Counted from the stretch's first letter, positions 24,053 through 34,036 are shown. The stretch: DNA of 64,000 nucleotides from an uncultured SAR86 cluster bacterium (GCA_964276145.1 CAXYDN010000007.1:271686-335685); one strand, 5' to 3'. Translations and numbers: made by a program. Notes: generated by a model from the letters alone, not told the origin.

Positions 24053-24939
24053 ATTAATCTATGTTTATTTAATTCAGACATTATCTCATCATGAAAAGTT
24101 TCATCGAGCTCAATCAAAGGTAATCTGATATATTCTTTAATAAGCCCCATCTTATAAAGCATCCATTTTACAGGTATAGGATTAGATTCAACAAATAATA
24201 ACCTATATAAATTTGCATTTTGTAAATTAAGAGCATCCGCTGCATCTTTCTCGTTTTCACGAATATGCTGACAAATCTTAGAAATTGATTTTGGTATTAC
24301 ATTTGCAGCAACAGAAATGACTCCATGCGCTCCAATATTTAATGAATTCATGAAAGTTGGATCATCTCCTGAAAATATTGAAAAATTACCACTACAACTA
24401 TTAGAAATGTTTATTAACTCTTCTATTCTTTGCTCATCATCAATAGCTTCTTTAATGCCTACAATATTTGAGTGTTCAGATAATATCTCCACACTTTCTG
24501 GAAGAAGATCGCAAGCAGTTCTCATGGGGACATTATATAAAATCTGTTTTATTTGAGAAGAGTCAGCTATCTTCTCGTAGTGAGCGATAAGACCTTTTTG
24601 ATTTGGTTTATTGTAATAAGGAGTAACTAATAAAGCATAATCAGCACCTTTTAGTCTAGCTTCCTCAGAGAGCTCAATCGCCTCATCAGTAGAGTTTGCT
24701 CCTGTTCCAGCTATTACTGGTAACTTGTTGTTAGCATGTTTTACTGTAAATTCTATTACATCTACATGCTCTTTAATATTTAAGGTAGCTGACTCTCCAG
24801 TTGTTCCTACAGAGACTATTCCATCTGTACCTTGATTGATATGCCAATCTATTAAATGTTTTAAGGCATCGTAATCTACCTCTCCATCTTCAGATAGAGG
24901 TGTAACTAAAGCTACTAAACTTCCTTCTAATGCTTGCAT
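24049..24939 (-). CDS. dapA: 4-hydroxy-tetrahydrodipicolinate synthase
   Basis: 296 aa with GTTGESATL, YNVP and Schiff-base Lys (GIKEA) motifs. Confidence 0.96.
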   Translation of the reverse strand: MQALEGSLVALVTPLSEDGEVDYDALKHLIDWHINQGTDGIVSVGTTGESATLNIKEHVDVIEFTVKHANNKLPVIAGTGANSTDEAIELSEEARLKGADYALLVTPYYNKPNQKGLIAHYEKIADSSQIKQILYNVPMRTACDLLPESVEILSEHSNIVGIKEAIDDEQRIEELINISNSCSGNFSIFSGDDPTFMNSLNIGAHGVISVAANVIPKSISKICQHIRENEKDAADALNLQNANLYRLLFVESNPIPVKWMLYKMGLIKEYIRLPLIELDETFHDEIMSELNKHRLI

Positions 24940-25007
24940 GAATAAATATTTCAGTAAAAAATAGGACTATACACTATTTTATTAAAAAAAATCATAAGGT
25001 AAAAAAT

Positions 25008-25478
25008 ATGTCAAAAAAATTAGAAGGAAAAAAATGTCCTAAATTTCGAGCAGAATGTACAAACAATAAAACTTACTCAAATAAAGACTTTGAAGGAAAA
25101 AATCTTGTAATATACTTTTATCCTAAAGATAGCACTCCAGGATGCACCACTGAAGGACAAGAATTCAGAGATAACTATAAGCAATTTAAGAAAAAAAATA
25201 CTGAAATTCTTGGCGTTTCACGAGATTCAATAAAGTCTCATGAAAATTTCAAAAGCAAGCAATCATTTCCATTTGAGCTCTTGTCTGACCCTGATGAAAA
25301 AGTTTGTAATAGTTTTGATGTAATGAAGTTAAAATCTATGTATGGTAAAGAATACATTGGAGTTGATAGAAGTACTTTTTTAATAAATGAAAAAGGTGTC
25401 ATCATCAAGGAATGGCGTTCTGTTAAAGTTAAAGGCCACGTAAAAGAAGTTCTTGAAATAGTTAAAAGTTTATCTTAA
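25008..25478 (+). CDS. bcp: Thiol peroxidase Bcp (peroxiredoxin Q)
   Basis: 156 aa with the peroxidatic motif PKDSTPGCTTE. It is divergent from dapA, as in enterics. Confidence 0.93.
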   Translation: MSKKLEGKKCPKFRAECTNNKTYSNKDFEGKNLVIYFYPKDSTPGCTTEGQEFRDNYKQFKKKNTEILGVSRDSIKSHENFKSKQSFPFELLSDPDEKVCNSFDVMKLKSMYGKEYIGVDRSTFLINEKGVIIKEWRSVKVKGHVKEVLEIVKSLS

Positions 25479-26531
25479 TTGCTCTGCCGAAGATGGCCAT
25501 GCATTCCATACTGCTTTGATGAAAGTTGCTATTGGTATTGAAAAAAAGACTCCCCAAAAACCAAACATACTGCCAAAAATAAAAACAGCAAGAATTATTA
25601 TTACGGGATGCAGTTTTACTGTTTCAGAGAATATCAATGGGACAAGTAGATTTCCATCCAATGCCTGAAGAATAAGATAAAGAGATATAAGTATATAAAA
25701 CTGAGTGTCCAATCCGAACTGCAATAATCCAACTATAACGATTGGGATTGTTACTAGAAAAGCTCCTACATATGGAATGATAACAGACAGGCCAACTAAG
25801 ACTGATAACAATGCAGAGTATTTCAATCCCAAAGTTGTAAAAATAATTGCAGCTAAAATTCCAACTATAAATATTTCTATGGTCTTGCCTCGAACATAGT
25901 TACTAAGCTGCTCATCCATTTCAGCCCAAATACTTGTAAACATTTCCCTTTTGCCTGGAATAACTTTAAGAAATCCATCAATAATATTTTTTCTGTCAAA
26001 CAAAAAGAAAAAGACTAGAATTGGAAACAATATTATGTACAAAAGAATCGTAATTGTACTTTGAATACCTGAGATTGATGATTTAACAATATTTTGAGCT
26101 ATAAAAGTTATTTCTTCTGACACAGCTTGAAAAAAAATTGTTATCTGTTCGGACGAAACTAATTCAGGAAACTTGGCTGGCAGATCTGATATAAAGTCTA
26201 GAAAGTTATTAAAGAGGTTTGGCACATCTAACACAAAAGCTTGAAGCTGAATATATAGCAATGGAACTAACCAAATTACTAAAGCAGCACCTGTTACTAT
26301 AAAAATGGTAAAAGTTATAATTAATGCAGCGTTCTGACTCAAATTATATGATTGAATTTTCTTCTGGAGACCTACTAGCAAGTAGGCAACAACAATACTT
26401 ATCATGAATGGTGTTAATACCGATCCAAAAAAAGAAATAACTACAAAAAATGCTAATATTGCAAAAGAGAATACTATTGTTTCTTCATTGCTAAAAATCT
26501 TTTTGAAAAATGTATTTAATTGCTCTAACAT
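25470..26531 (-). CDS. perM: AI-2E family transporter (PerM/YfgO-like permease)
   Basis: 353-aa membrane protein with about 8 TM segments and AI-2E/UPF0118-like organisation. It is divergent from bepA, as E. coli perM is from bepA. Confidence 0.65.
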   Translation of the reverse strand: MLEQLNTFFKKIFSNEETIVFSFAILAFFVVISFFGSVLTPFMISIVVAYLLVGLQKKIQSYNLSQNAALIITFTIFIVTGAALVIWLVPLLYIQLQAFVLDVPNLFNNFLDFISDLPAKFPELVSSEQITIFFQAVSEEITFIAQNIVKSSISGIQSTITILLYIILFPILVFFFLFDRKNIIDGFLKVIPGKREMFTSIWAEMDEQLSNYVRGKTIEIFIVGILAAIIFTTLGLKYSALLSVLVGLSVIIPYVGAFLVTIPIVIVGLLQFGLDTQFYILISLYLILQALDGNLLVPLIFSETVKLHPVIIILAVFIFGSMFGFWGVFFSIPIATFIKAVWNAWPSSAEQLR

Positions 26532-26693
26532 TTATTTTTAAGCCTCGGTTTATATGATTGCCAAAAATTGAACTATTGAATATAAAATATAGTCAAAATC
26601 AATAAATTAATAACAAATTTATCTATAACATGGGATATATTAATCTAAAAAGCTTATTTATGTTAGTTTTGATAGATAAAGGTATTTAAGGTA

Positions 26694-28127
26694 ATGATAA
26701 TGAAAAAGTACATCCTTTTTATAATTACAATCATTTCTATACCTTTTTTAGCTCAAGAGAAAAATGATTTACTTTTGCCAGAGCTGGGCGATAGAGTTTC
26801 AGGAGCAGTATCCTCTTCTCAAGAAAAAATGATAGGAAAAGAGTTTTTAAAACAAGTTTATTCACAAGCTCCACTAATATCAGATGCATTAATTCAAGAA
26901 TATACTGAATTGCTAATTTATAGACTGTCAGAATATAGTGAAGTTACGGACAGAGAGTTCACTGTTATATTAATCAATGATGATTCACTAAATGCTTTCG
27001 CAGCACCTGGGGGGATTATTGGTGTCAATGGAGGTCTTTTTCTTAATGCAGATAATGAAGGTCAATTTGCTTCTGTTTTATCACATGAGCTGGCTCATTT
27101 AAGTCAGAGACATTTTGCTAGAAACGTATTGAATGCAAAAGATAGGAGTCTAACATCTTCTTTAGCAATGATCTCATCAATCGCGCTTGCTCTGATAAGC
27201 AACAATCCTCAAGCTATGATTGTTGGGCAAGCTTTTTTGCAAACCCAGAGTTTAAGATACAGTCGTTTATTTGAAAAGGAAGCTGACAGAGTTGGTTTTG
27301 CAAATCTTGTTAGAGCTGGTTATAACCCAAAATCAATGGGTGAAATGTTTGAAAATATGAATGATTTAAGAAAACTTTCAGGAGAGACTCCTCCCGAATT
27401 CCTTTTAACCCACCCTCTTTCGTCATCTAGAATTAATGATGCTTTGAATGCTGCTGAAGGCCTTTCTGGTGAGGGAACGAAAAAAGATAGCCTTGAATAC
27501 TCTCTAATTAAATCAAGATTAAGTGTTTTATATGAATCTATACCAGTTCAGTCTATTAGATATTTTACTGCGAAGATTGATGAACAAGAAACTGATTCTA
27601 ATATTTATGGCCTGGCTTTAGCTTATAGCGCTAATAGTAATTTTGATGATTCACTGAGCCTTATTAATTTATTGATTAGTAAATATCCAAAAAATTTATT
27701 CCTAAATACTTCCAAGGTTGAAATTCTGATTGAGGCTAAAAGATATAATAAAGCACTTAAATTAGTAAATGAATTTCTTGAGATTTCGCCTAAAAATTAT
27801 CCTCTAACAATTAACAAATCAAAAGTCTTACTCGAAATGAGTAGATTTTTTGAATCTGAAGAAATTATTAGAGACCTTATAATTAGAAGAAATGAAGATC
27901 CTGAGCTTTGGTTAATGCTCTCAGAAATTCAAAGAAGTAGTAAGAATATAGTCGGCTACCATCAGTCTAGAGCAGAGTACTTTCTTTTGTTAGGTCAAAA
28001 TGAAGAAGCGTTAAGTCAATTAGAATTTGCTTTAAATTTAACAAAGAATAATTTTCAAGTTTCTGAGAGAATTATGGATCAAATTATTTCAATTAAAAAA
28101 GAAATGAGTAAGTCTAGGTCTCTTTAG
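26694..28127 (+). CDS. bepA: Periplasmic M48 metalloprotease-chaperone BepA (YfgC), with C-terminal TPR
   Basis: 477 aa with a signal peptide, the HELAHLSQRH zinc motif, a downstream EKEADRVG and a TPR-rich C-terminal half. The start could instead be the ATG at 26700. Confidence 0.88.
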   Translation: MIMKKYILFIITIISIPFLAQEKNDLLLPELGDRVSGAVSSSQEKMIGKEFLKQVYSQAPLISDALIQEYTELLIYRLSEYSEVTDREFTVILINDDSLNAFAAPGGIIGVNGGLFLNADNEGQFASVLSHELAHLSQRHFARNVLNAKDRSLTSSLAMISSIALALISNNPQAMIVGQAFLQTQSLRYSRLFEKEADRVGFANLVRAGYNPKSMGEMFENMNDLRKLSGETPPEFLLTHPLSSSRINDALNAAEGLSGEGTKKDSLEYSLIKSRLSVLYESIPVQSIRYFTAKIDEQETDSNIYGLALAYSANSNFDDSLSLINLLISKYPKNLFLNTSKVEILIEAKRYNKALKLVNEFLEISPKNYPLTINKSKVLLEMSRFFESEEIIRDLIIRRNEDPELWLMLSEIQRSSKNIVGYHQSRAEYFLLLGQNEEALSQLEFALNLTKNNFQVSERIMDQIISIKKEMSKSRSL

Positions 28128-29346
28128 AATTATCTTTAAAGCTATTCGAAATTTTGTATCCTGTTAAGGAAAATAAGGCAGCAAATGGAATTGCTATCAT
28201 TGGCATAAAACTTACTCCTATAGATGCCATCTTTCCAATTCCCATAAAAATACTTCCTGAGAGGTCTCCAAACCTGGTTACAAATGTATCTATAAATACT
28301 GTTGATTTATATCTATCAGCTTTTTTGAGCTGACTATAAATAATTTCTCTGCTAGGTTTATTAAAACCATATTCAAAGACTCTCAATAAAGCTTGAGCAA
28401 AGACAACTATCCCAACAGACGGAGCTAATCCATATAATAGAAAAACTATAACAAACAATAAGCCATAAATTATTAAGATAAAACTTATGCCGAAGTAAGA
28501 AATAACAAAATAAGTTAAAAATAATTGAGCAAATAAAGTTAGAGGAGACACTAGCTGCTCAATTCTTGCAAATAACTCTATTCTATCTGGAGGAAGATCT
28601 GAATATGCTTCAATTATTGGGATAGCACTAATCCATTGAATAGTCATCAGAGATGTAAATAACCATGAGTATATAGCAATGGACCTAACATCTTTCTTAG
28701 TTATGATGTTTGAAATTGCGTCTGACCATTGTCCTCCAACCTTCTGAGCAAGAACAATATTATCATTAGTATTTACTATATATCTTGCAAGTAAAATTGC
28801 TAAAAATAATAAGGCAGCAGATGAAAAAGCAAATAATTCTAGACCAAAGTTTGTAAAAGATTCTGATAGTCTTACTGAAATTTCAGAACCAAAAATAGCT
28901 CCCAGAGATCCACCTGCCATAATAAAGCCATATAATTTTCTAGATTTTATATCTCTAAATATATTAATTACTAATACCCAAAATATTGAAACTACAAAAA
29001 AAGAATAAATGTTGCACCATACATAAAAAAATCTACCTAACCAGATTGCTTGAATGTTGTCATTCACTCCTAATGAGCTTGAGTAAAAAATAAAAATAAG
29101 TAAATTGAAAATTAAGAAAGAATAACAATAAGTAATTATTATCTTAAAATTTTCCCTTGAGGCAATCCAGGAGTATAGGGGATTTATCAATAACATTGTC
29201 AAAGCAGTTATTGAAAGTAATATCAACAGAAAATCTTGGCCATAGTTTTCAACTGCCATTTCATTTCTGACAGCCCTTAAAACATACCATGACGAAAGCA
29301 CTAAAAAAAATAAAAGGCTTGTTAATATTGTATTTTTGACTCTCAT
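28114..29346 (-). CDS. Polytopic transporter resembling the TLC/NTT (ATP:ADP antiporter-like) branch of the MFS; substrate unknown
   Basis: 410 aa with about 11-12 TM segments. Several segments resemble TLC family signatures by eye: YVLRAVRNEMAV, FFYVWCNIYSFFVVSIFWVLVINIF...SRKLYGFIMAGGSLGAIFG and KKADRYKSTVFIDTFVTRFGDLSGS. No profile search was run. Confidence 0.5.
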   Translation of the reverse strand: MRVKNTILTSLLFFLVLSSWYVLRAVRNEMAVENYGQDFLLILLSITALTMLLINPLYSWIASRENFKIIITYCYSFLIFNLLIFIFYSSSLGVNDNIQAIWLGRFFYVWCNIYSFFVVSIFWVLVINIFRDIKSRKLYGFIMAGGSLGAIFGSEISVRLSESFTNFGLELFAFSSAALLFLAILLARYIVNTNDNIVLAQKVGGQWSDAISNIITKKDVRSIAIYSWLFTSLMTIQWISAIPIIEAYSDLPPDRIELFARIEQLVSPLTLFAQLFLTYFVISYFGISFILIIYGLLFVIVFLLYGLAPSVGIVVFAQALLRVFEYGFNKPSREIIYSQLKKADRYKSTVFIDTFVTRFGDLSGSIFMGIGKMASIGVSFMPMIAIPFAALFSLTGYKISNSFKDNSKET

Positions 29347-29367
29347 TAAAATATTATGCCTGATGGA

Positions 29368-29443
29368 TGGTGGGTCGCACAGGATTCGAACCTGTGACCA
29401 ATTGGTTAAAAGCCAACTGCTCTACCAGCTGAGCTAGCGACCC
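29368..29443 (-). tRNA. tRNA-Lys (anticodon UUU), CCA encoded
   Basis: The minus strand reads GGGTCGCTAGCTCAGCTGGTAGAGCAGTTGGCTTTTAACCAATTGGTCACAGGTTCGAATCCTGTGCGACCCACCA. I folded it manually: 7-bp acceptor stem, GCTC/GAGC D stem, CTTTTAA anticodon loop, ACAGG/CCTGT T stem and TTCGAAT T loop. It follows cpoB, as lysT does in E. coli. Confidence 0.95.
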
Positions 29444-29470
29444 AAGGTAATGCATAATAAAAAAAGGTGA

Positions 29471-30121
29471 TTATTCCATATTTTTCAATAACTGCAAGGC
29501 TAAAGATGAAGCAGTATCATTTGGATATTCTCTAATAACAAAATTATACTTCTCCATGGCTTTATCTAGTTCATTATTTTTTAGTAGGATATCTCCAATT
29601 TTTTTGTGTGCTAGCGGGATTCTGTAATGCTCTGGATAAAGAGTTATAAGATCTAGAAAATATGCATTAGAGATTTTGTAGTCATTTTGAATATATGCAA
29701 TCTCCCCAAGCCAAAAATATGACAATGGAAGTTTTTCTTCATCCTTAAAGCTTTTAACAAAATACTCAAATAAAGATGATGCCTTAACGAAATCTTGGTC
29801 TCCCAGTGCATTTATTGCTAACTGATAGACTTCCTCTTTACTTTTAGTATCGTCAACACCAGAAAACTTTATTGTATTATTTGAATCAAAATTATCTTCG
29901 TTAGTTTTATTAGTAGCAATGTCATCTTCTTTTACTGATTCTTGAATTAATTTCCGAATTAAAAAATCTTGAGATTCTAATCTATTTCTTAAGTCCGCAA
30001 TTTCTATCTCGAGTTCCTGTATCTTTAGAAATAAAAGATCAACTTCTACACTGCCATCTTCTTGCGCAAAAGAATTTAAGCTAATTAATAAAATAGAGAA
30101 AATTAAAAAATTTTTTTTCAT
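29471..30121 (-). CDS. cpoB: Cell division coordinator CpoB (YbgF)
   Basis: 216 aa with a signal peptide, an N-terminal coiled coil and C-terminal TPR repeats. It is the last gene of the tol-pal block. Confidence 0.85.
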   Translation of the reverse strand: MKKNFLIFSILLISLNSFAQEDGSVEVDLLFLKIQELEIEIADLRNRLESQDFLIRKLIQESVKEDDIATNKTNEDNFDSNNTIKFSGVDDTKSKEEVYQLAINALGDQDFVKASSLFEYFVKSFKDEEKLPLSYFWLGEIAYIQNDYKISNAYFLDLITLYPEHYRIPLAHKKIGDILLKNNELDKAMEKYNFVIREYPNDTASSLALQLLKNME

Positions 30122-30124
30122 TAA

Positions 30125-30628
30125 CTAGTTAATTTCTGCCCGTCTATTTTTACTGTAACTAGCTTCATTGGAGCCATCTAAAATAGGTCTTTCTTCTCCA
30201 TAACTTTTAACCATTATTCTATTTGCATTGATGCCATTAATAGCAAAATAATCTCTTACAGATTCAGCTCTTCTCTGCCCAAGAGCTAAATTATATTCTC
30301 TAGTTCCTCTTTCATCAGCGTGACCAGAAATTGTAATTTTAATGGAGGAATTGTCTTTCATTGCAGCAACTGCACTTTTTAGAGTTTGAAGTGACTTACT
30401 ATTTAAATTAAATTTATCAAATTCAAAATAAACTGTAGCATTTGTAAAAATTGCTTTGGATTCATAATCTAAGCTTGTCTCTTCCTGAATAGCTGCTTCT
30501 ACAGTTCTTATTCCACCATCGTATACAACCTCTTCTGTTACATTCATGCTTGAGCATGATGAGATTAAAAAAATTATGATCAAAAGATTAAATAAATTTT
30601 TATTGCCTATTTGTTGAATATTAAACAT
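30125..30628 (-). CDS. pal: Peptidoglycan-associated lipoprotein Pal
   Basis: 167 aa with lipobox ISSCSS and an OmpA-like C-domain (GHADERGTREYNLALGQRRA). Confidence 0.95.
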   Translation of the reverse strand: MFNIQQIGNKNLFNLLIIIFLISSCSSMNVTEEVVYDGGIRTVEAAIQEETSLDYESKAIFTNATVYFEFDKFNLNSKSLQTLKSAVAAMKDNSSIKITISGHADERGTREYNLALGQRRAESVRDYFAINGINANRIMVKSYGEERPILDGSNEASYSKNRRAEIN

Positions 30629-30648
30629 TACATTTCTCCTTTCTTAAA

Positions 30649-31926
30649 TTATCTTAAAAAACCGGACCAAGATGGCTCTCTAACTTCACCTTTTTTCATG
30701 GGTAGTCTAAATCTTGCCCCACTTAAAGTTACTCCAGCTAGAAGACCTGTTTCGTTCTCCGATATTGCATAGATTATCACATTACCATTAGCAGAAATAC
30801 TAGGTGACTCATCTAATTGAGAATTAGTTAATGGTCTTACAAAATTTTCATTAAAATATTTTAGTGCTATCTGAAAATTACTATTTTTTCTATGAACAAA
30901 AACAACTCCTTCACCATTTGGAAGGTAAGATCCTTTAGCATTATAGTTTCCTTCAAATGTAATTCTTTGCGGTTTTGCATTAAATTTTTTTAAATTAATT
31001 TCATACAATTGAGGCGAGCCAGATCTTCCGGAGGTAAACATAATTTTTGAGCCATTGGGTGACCATGAAGATTCTGTATCTATAGAGTAATGATTTGTTA
31101 ATCTAGTTAGATTTTTATTCTTTAAATTAAGTATGTAAATTTCAGCATTTCCATCTTGGTATAAGGTTAATGCCATAAATTTTCCATTTGGGGACCATGA
31201 TGGTGAGCTAATTTGAAACTTGTTTTCTAAAACAATTTCTCTTTTGCCAGTGGCAATATTTTGAATAAATACTTTTGCCATACCTGTCTCAAAAGAGACA
31301 TATGCTACTTTTTTCGAATCTGGAGACCATGAAGGAGATATAATCGGCTCATTACTTCTTAAAAGTATTTGCTCATTTGAACCGTCAGCATCAGCAACAT
31401 TTAATTTAAATTGCGAGATGCCTCCTGAGAACTCTTCTGTAACATATAATAACCTAGTCGATGAAACACCCTTTAAACCTGTGATTTCTTCATATATTCC
31501 ATCACTGATGTAATGAGCTAGCTGTTTAAGCTTATTAGGCACACCATAAACTGTTGATGTTCTTAATTGTGATTCTTTTTGTACACTAAATATTTTATAA
31601 ACTGCTGAGATATTACTTGTGTCTTCTTCTTCCAATGACCCCATAACGATGTAATCAATGCCTAATAATTTGAAATCACTATAATTCAAATTATCTTCAT
31701 TTGTTGGAATTGATAAAAGCTGTTTGTTATCCAATATTCTAAATTCGCCGGTTCTATTCAAGTCATTTTTTACAATGTTACTAACTTCGTATATTTTGGT
31801 TTCACTTCCATCGAAGTTTAGTAATGCTAATGAATATGGATTATCTGATCCCTTTGTGATTTCCAATACTAGCTCGGAAAAAATAGGTTGGGCTATTAAT
31901 AATATTGTTAAGATGTATTTCTTCAT
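30649..31926 (-). CDS. tolB: Tol-Pal system beta-propeller protein TolB
   Basis: 425 aa with a signal peptide and repeated SPSWSPD/SWSPNG propeller blades. Confidence 0.96.
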   Translation of the reverse strand: MKKYILTILLIAQPIFSELVLEITKGSDNPYSLALLNFDGSETKIYEVSNIVKNDLNRTGEFRILDNKQLLSIPTNEDNLNYSDFKLLGIDYIVMGSLEEEDTSNISAVYKIFSVQKESQLRTSTVYGVPNKLKQLAHYISDGIYEEITGLKGVSSTRLLYVTEEFSGGISQFKLNVADADGSNEQILLRSNEPIISPSWSPDSKKVAYVSFETGMAKVFIQNIATGKREIVLENKFQISSPSWSPNGKFMALTLYQDGNAEIYILNLKNKNLTRLTNHYSIDTESSWSPNGSKIMFTSGRSGSPQLYEINLKKFNAKPQRITFEGNYNAKGSYLPNGEGVVFVHRKNSNFQIALKYFNENFVRPLTNSQLDESPSISANGNVIIYAISENETGLLAGVTLSGARFRLPMKKGEVREPSWSGFLR

Positions 31927-32531
31927 GCTGGGTTGAATGTGATAACTATATTTTTAAAACTAGTTTGATAAATATTAAATGGGATTTTAGTAAAAAAAGA
32001 AAAGGTTTCAACTCTTGATATGGCTTTAATAGCTGAATTATCAAATCTGATGTTTCCACTACTTTTTATTAAATCTATATTGATAACCCTCCCATTTTTA
32101 TTTATTGTCATTCTTAAATCACAAATAAGGCCATCTTGAATATTTTTTGGCTTTATCCATGCTGATTGAATTGCTTTAATGATAAGACCGCTGTACTCAC
32201 TAACTAATAAATCGTCAGTTTGTTGAGATATTAGTTCTTCTTCTTGAAGTAACTGATTGATATTAATATCAGGAATTGTAGGAGTAAATTCAATTTTGTT
32301 GTTACTCTGATATACAGTTTTAGATCTAACTATTTGTTTTGATTGCGATATTTCGAGTTCTTTTTGTTTTTTTATTTCCTCTTTAAATACAAGGCTCACA
32401 CTTACAGGCTTGCTTAAAACTTGTCTTTGCTGCTTTTCAAAATAAAAAAAATCAGTTAAAAATAAAATAATAGATGCATGAATTGCAAATGAGATAAATG
32501 AAGCAGAAAAATAATCAGACTTAATTTGCAT
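31923..32531 (-). CDS. tolA: Tol-Pal system protein TolA (short form)
   Basis: 202 aa with an N-terminal TM segment, a short charged helical linker and a TonB_C/TolA-III-like C-terminus. It sits between tolR and tolB. Confidence 0.8.
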   Translation of the reverse strand: MQIKSDYFSASFISFAIHASIILFLTDFFYFEKQQRQVLSKPVSVSLVFKEEIKKQKELEISQSKQIVRSKTVYQSNNKIEFTPTIPDININQLLQEEELISQQTDDLLVSEYSGLIIKAIQSAWIKPKNIQDGLICDLRMTINKNGRVINIDLIKSSGNIRFDNSAIKAISRVETFSFFTKIPFNIYQTSFKNIVITFNPA

Positions 32532-32943
32532 AGCCTGTTGTTACTATTCCTATTTTTGTTATTCCCACACTCTGCACAGCAGCCATTGCCTTAGCAACAC
32601 TATCAAAAACAACATTTTTATCACTTTGAAAAACAATTTCAATATCAGGATTTGCTTCAAAAATAATACTTGATTTTCTTTTTAATTCATTAAGATCGAT
32701 TGGCAAAGACTCATCACCAACATTAATATAATATTTTCCATTTAGGTCTATTGATATTACTAACGGTTCATTTTGCACAGACATTTTGGTTGTATCAGTA
32801 CTTGGAAGATTTACCTCTATACCTTGAATTAATAAAGGAGAAAGAACCATAAAGATTATTAATAATACAAGCATCACATCAATATACGGAACTACATTAA
32901 TTTCAGCTTTTAAGTTTTTTTTCTTTGCCAACCTATAGATCAT
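32521..32943 (-). CDS. tolR: Tol-Pal system protein TolR (ExbD family)
   Basis: 140 aa with the ExbD/TolR motif INVVPYIDVMLVLLIIFM. Confidence 0.93.
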   Translation of the reverse strand: MIYRLAKKKNLKAEINVVPYIDVMLVLLIIFMVLSPLLIQGIEVNLPSTDTTKMSVQNEPLVISIDLNGKYYINVGDESLPIDLNELKRKSSIIFEANPDIEIVFQSDKNVVFDSVAKAMAAVQSVGITKIGIVTTGYAN

Positions 32944-33615
32944 TTATTTTTTTATTGATTGTTTATAAAAAATACTCGCTAGCTCTTCAGAAAAAATTAA
33001 TGTTGACTGACTAATTGTATCCAGCTCAGACGTATATTTATTAAAAGCTATAACTGCAGGAATTGCTGCAAATAAACCCATTGCAGTTGCTACCAAAGCT
33101 TCTGAAATTCCAGGAGCAACAGCATTTATTGTTGCCTGAGTTGCATCTGATAAACCTTGAAAAGATGTCATAATACCCCAAACTGTTCCCAGAAGTCCTA
33201 TATATGGACTTACAGACCCAACATTAGCAAGGAAAGGAAGGTGCTTATTCAATTCTTCCTCATCTGATGCTATTGCAACTCTCATTGATCTATTAATTCC
33301 CTCAAGATCAAGCTCAGTTATTTGATTGCTCTGATCAATTTGAAGAAATTCTTTAAATGAACTTTTAAAAACACTTAATGCTCCATACATTGGAACTGTT
33401 TCATCTTTGATTTCGTTGTATAAAAGATTTAAATCCTCGCCACTCCAAAACCTTTCAAGAAAACTATCATTAATAAGCCTTATTTTTCTATAAAAATTAT
33501 ATCTTTCAACAATCACTATCCATGTTAATAATGACGCAATTAAGAGAATAACCATTACGGTTTTAACAACCATTCCAGCTTCGAGAAAAAGATTTAAAAC
33601 AGAAATATCATTCAT
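32944..33615 (-). CDS. tolQ: Tol-Pal system protein TolQ (MotA/ExbB family)
   Basis: 223 aa with three TM segments and the ExbB/TolQ signature GLLGTVWGIM...EALVATAMGL. Confidence 0.95.
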   Translation of the reverse strand: MNDISVLNLFLEAGMVVKTVMVILLIASLLTWIVIVERYNFYRKIRLINDSFLERFWSGEDLNLLYNEIKDETVPMYGALSVFKSSFKEFLQIDQSNQITELDLEGINRSMRVAIASDEEELNKHLPFLANVGSVSPYIGLLGTVWGIMTSFQGLSDATQATINAVAPGISEALVATAMGLFAAIPAVIAFNKYTSELDTISQSTLIFSEELASIFYKQSIKK

Positions 33616-34036
33616 TTACTTCACCTTTATCAAAAATTAATAATAAATCATTAGGGAAAGGTTTGGGTTTTTTTGTTTCTATATTTACCAAACATGCCTC
33701 AACAAAACCACTGCATATCTTTTCAGATGTCTTAGAATTATAAATATCTTGGTTAAAAATTAACCTAGCCTTAGATTTTTTTGTGACAAGAGTTTGAACA
33801 GTAAGTTCTTCGCCAAGTGTTGCAGGAAGTAAGTAATTTATTTCTATACTTTTTATAACAAATCCAAGTTGAAGCTTTCTTAGTTTTATTTGTGAAATGT
33901 TATTTGATATTAAAAAATCTGAGCGCGCTCTTTCAAAGTACTTAATATAATTAGCATGATAAACAAAGCCTTGAAAATCAGTATCTTCAACATATACAAC
34001 TAAATTAAAGTCTTTATGCTTGAAAATTTTGCTCAT
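33608..34036 (-). CDS. ybgC: Tol-Pal-associated acyl-CoA thioesterase YbgC (4HBT hotdog)
   Basis: 142 aa with the hotdog-fold motif VYVEDTDFQGFVYHANYIKYFE. It lies directly upstream of tolQ. Confidence 0.9.
   Translation of the reverse strand: MSKIFKHKDFNLVVYVEDTDFQGFVYHANYIKYFERARSDFLISNNISQIKLRKLQLGFVIKSIEINYLLPATLGEELTVQTLVTKKSKARLIFNQDIYNSKTSEKICSGFVEACLVNIETKKPKPFPNDLLLIFDKGEVNE

Noticed and set aside
26532-26693. The largest intergenic region (162 nt, the perM/bepA divergent spacer) examined for a small ORF, sRNA or riboswitch.
   Set aside because: It is very AT-rich, with no stable stem-loops, no conserved riboswitch cores and no ORF with a plausible start. It is most simply two divergent promoters.
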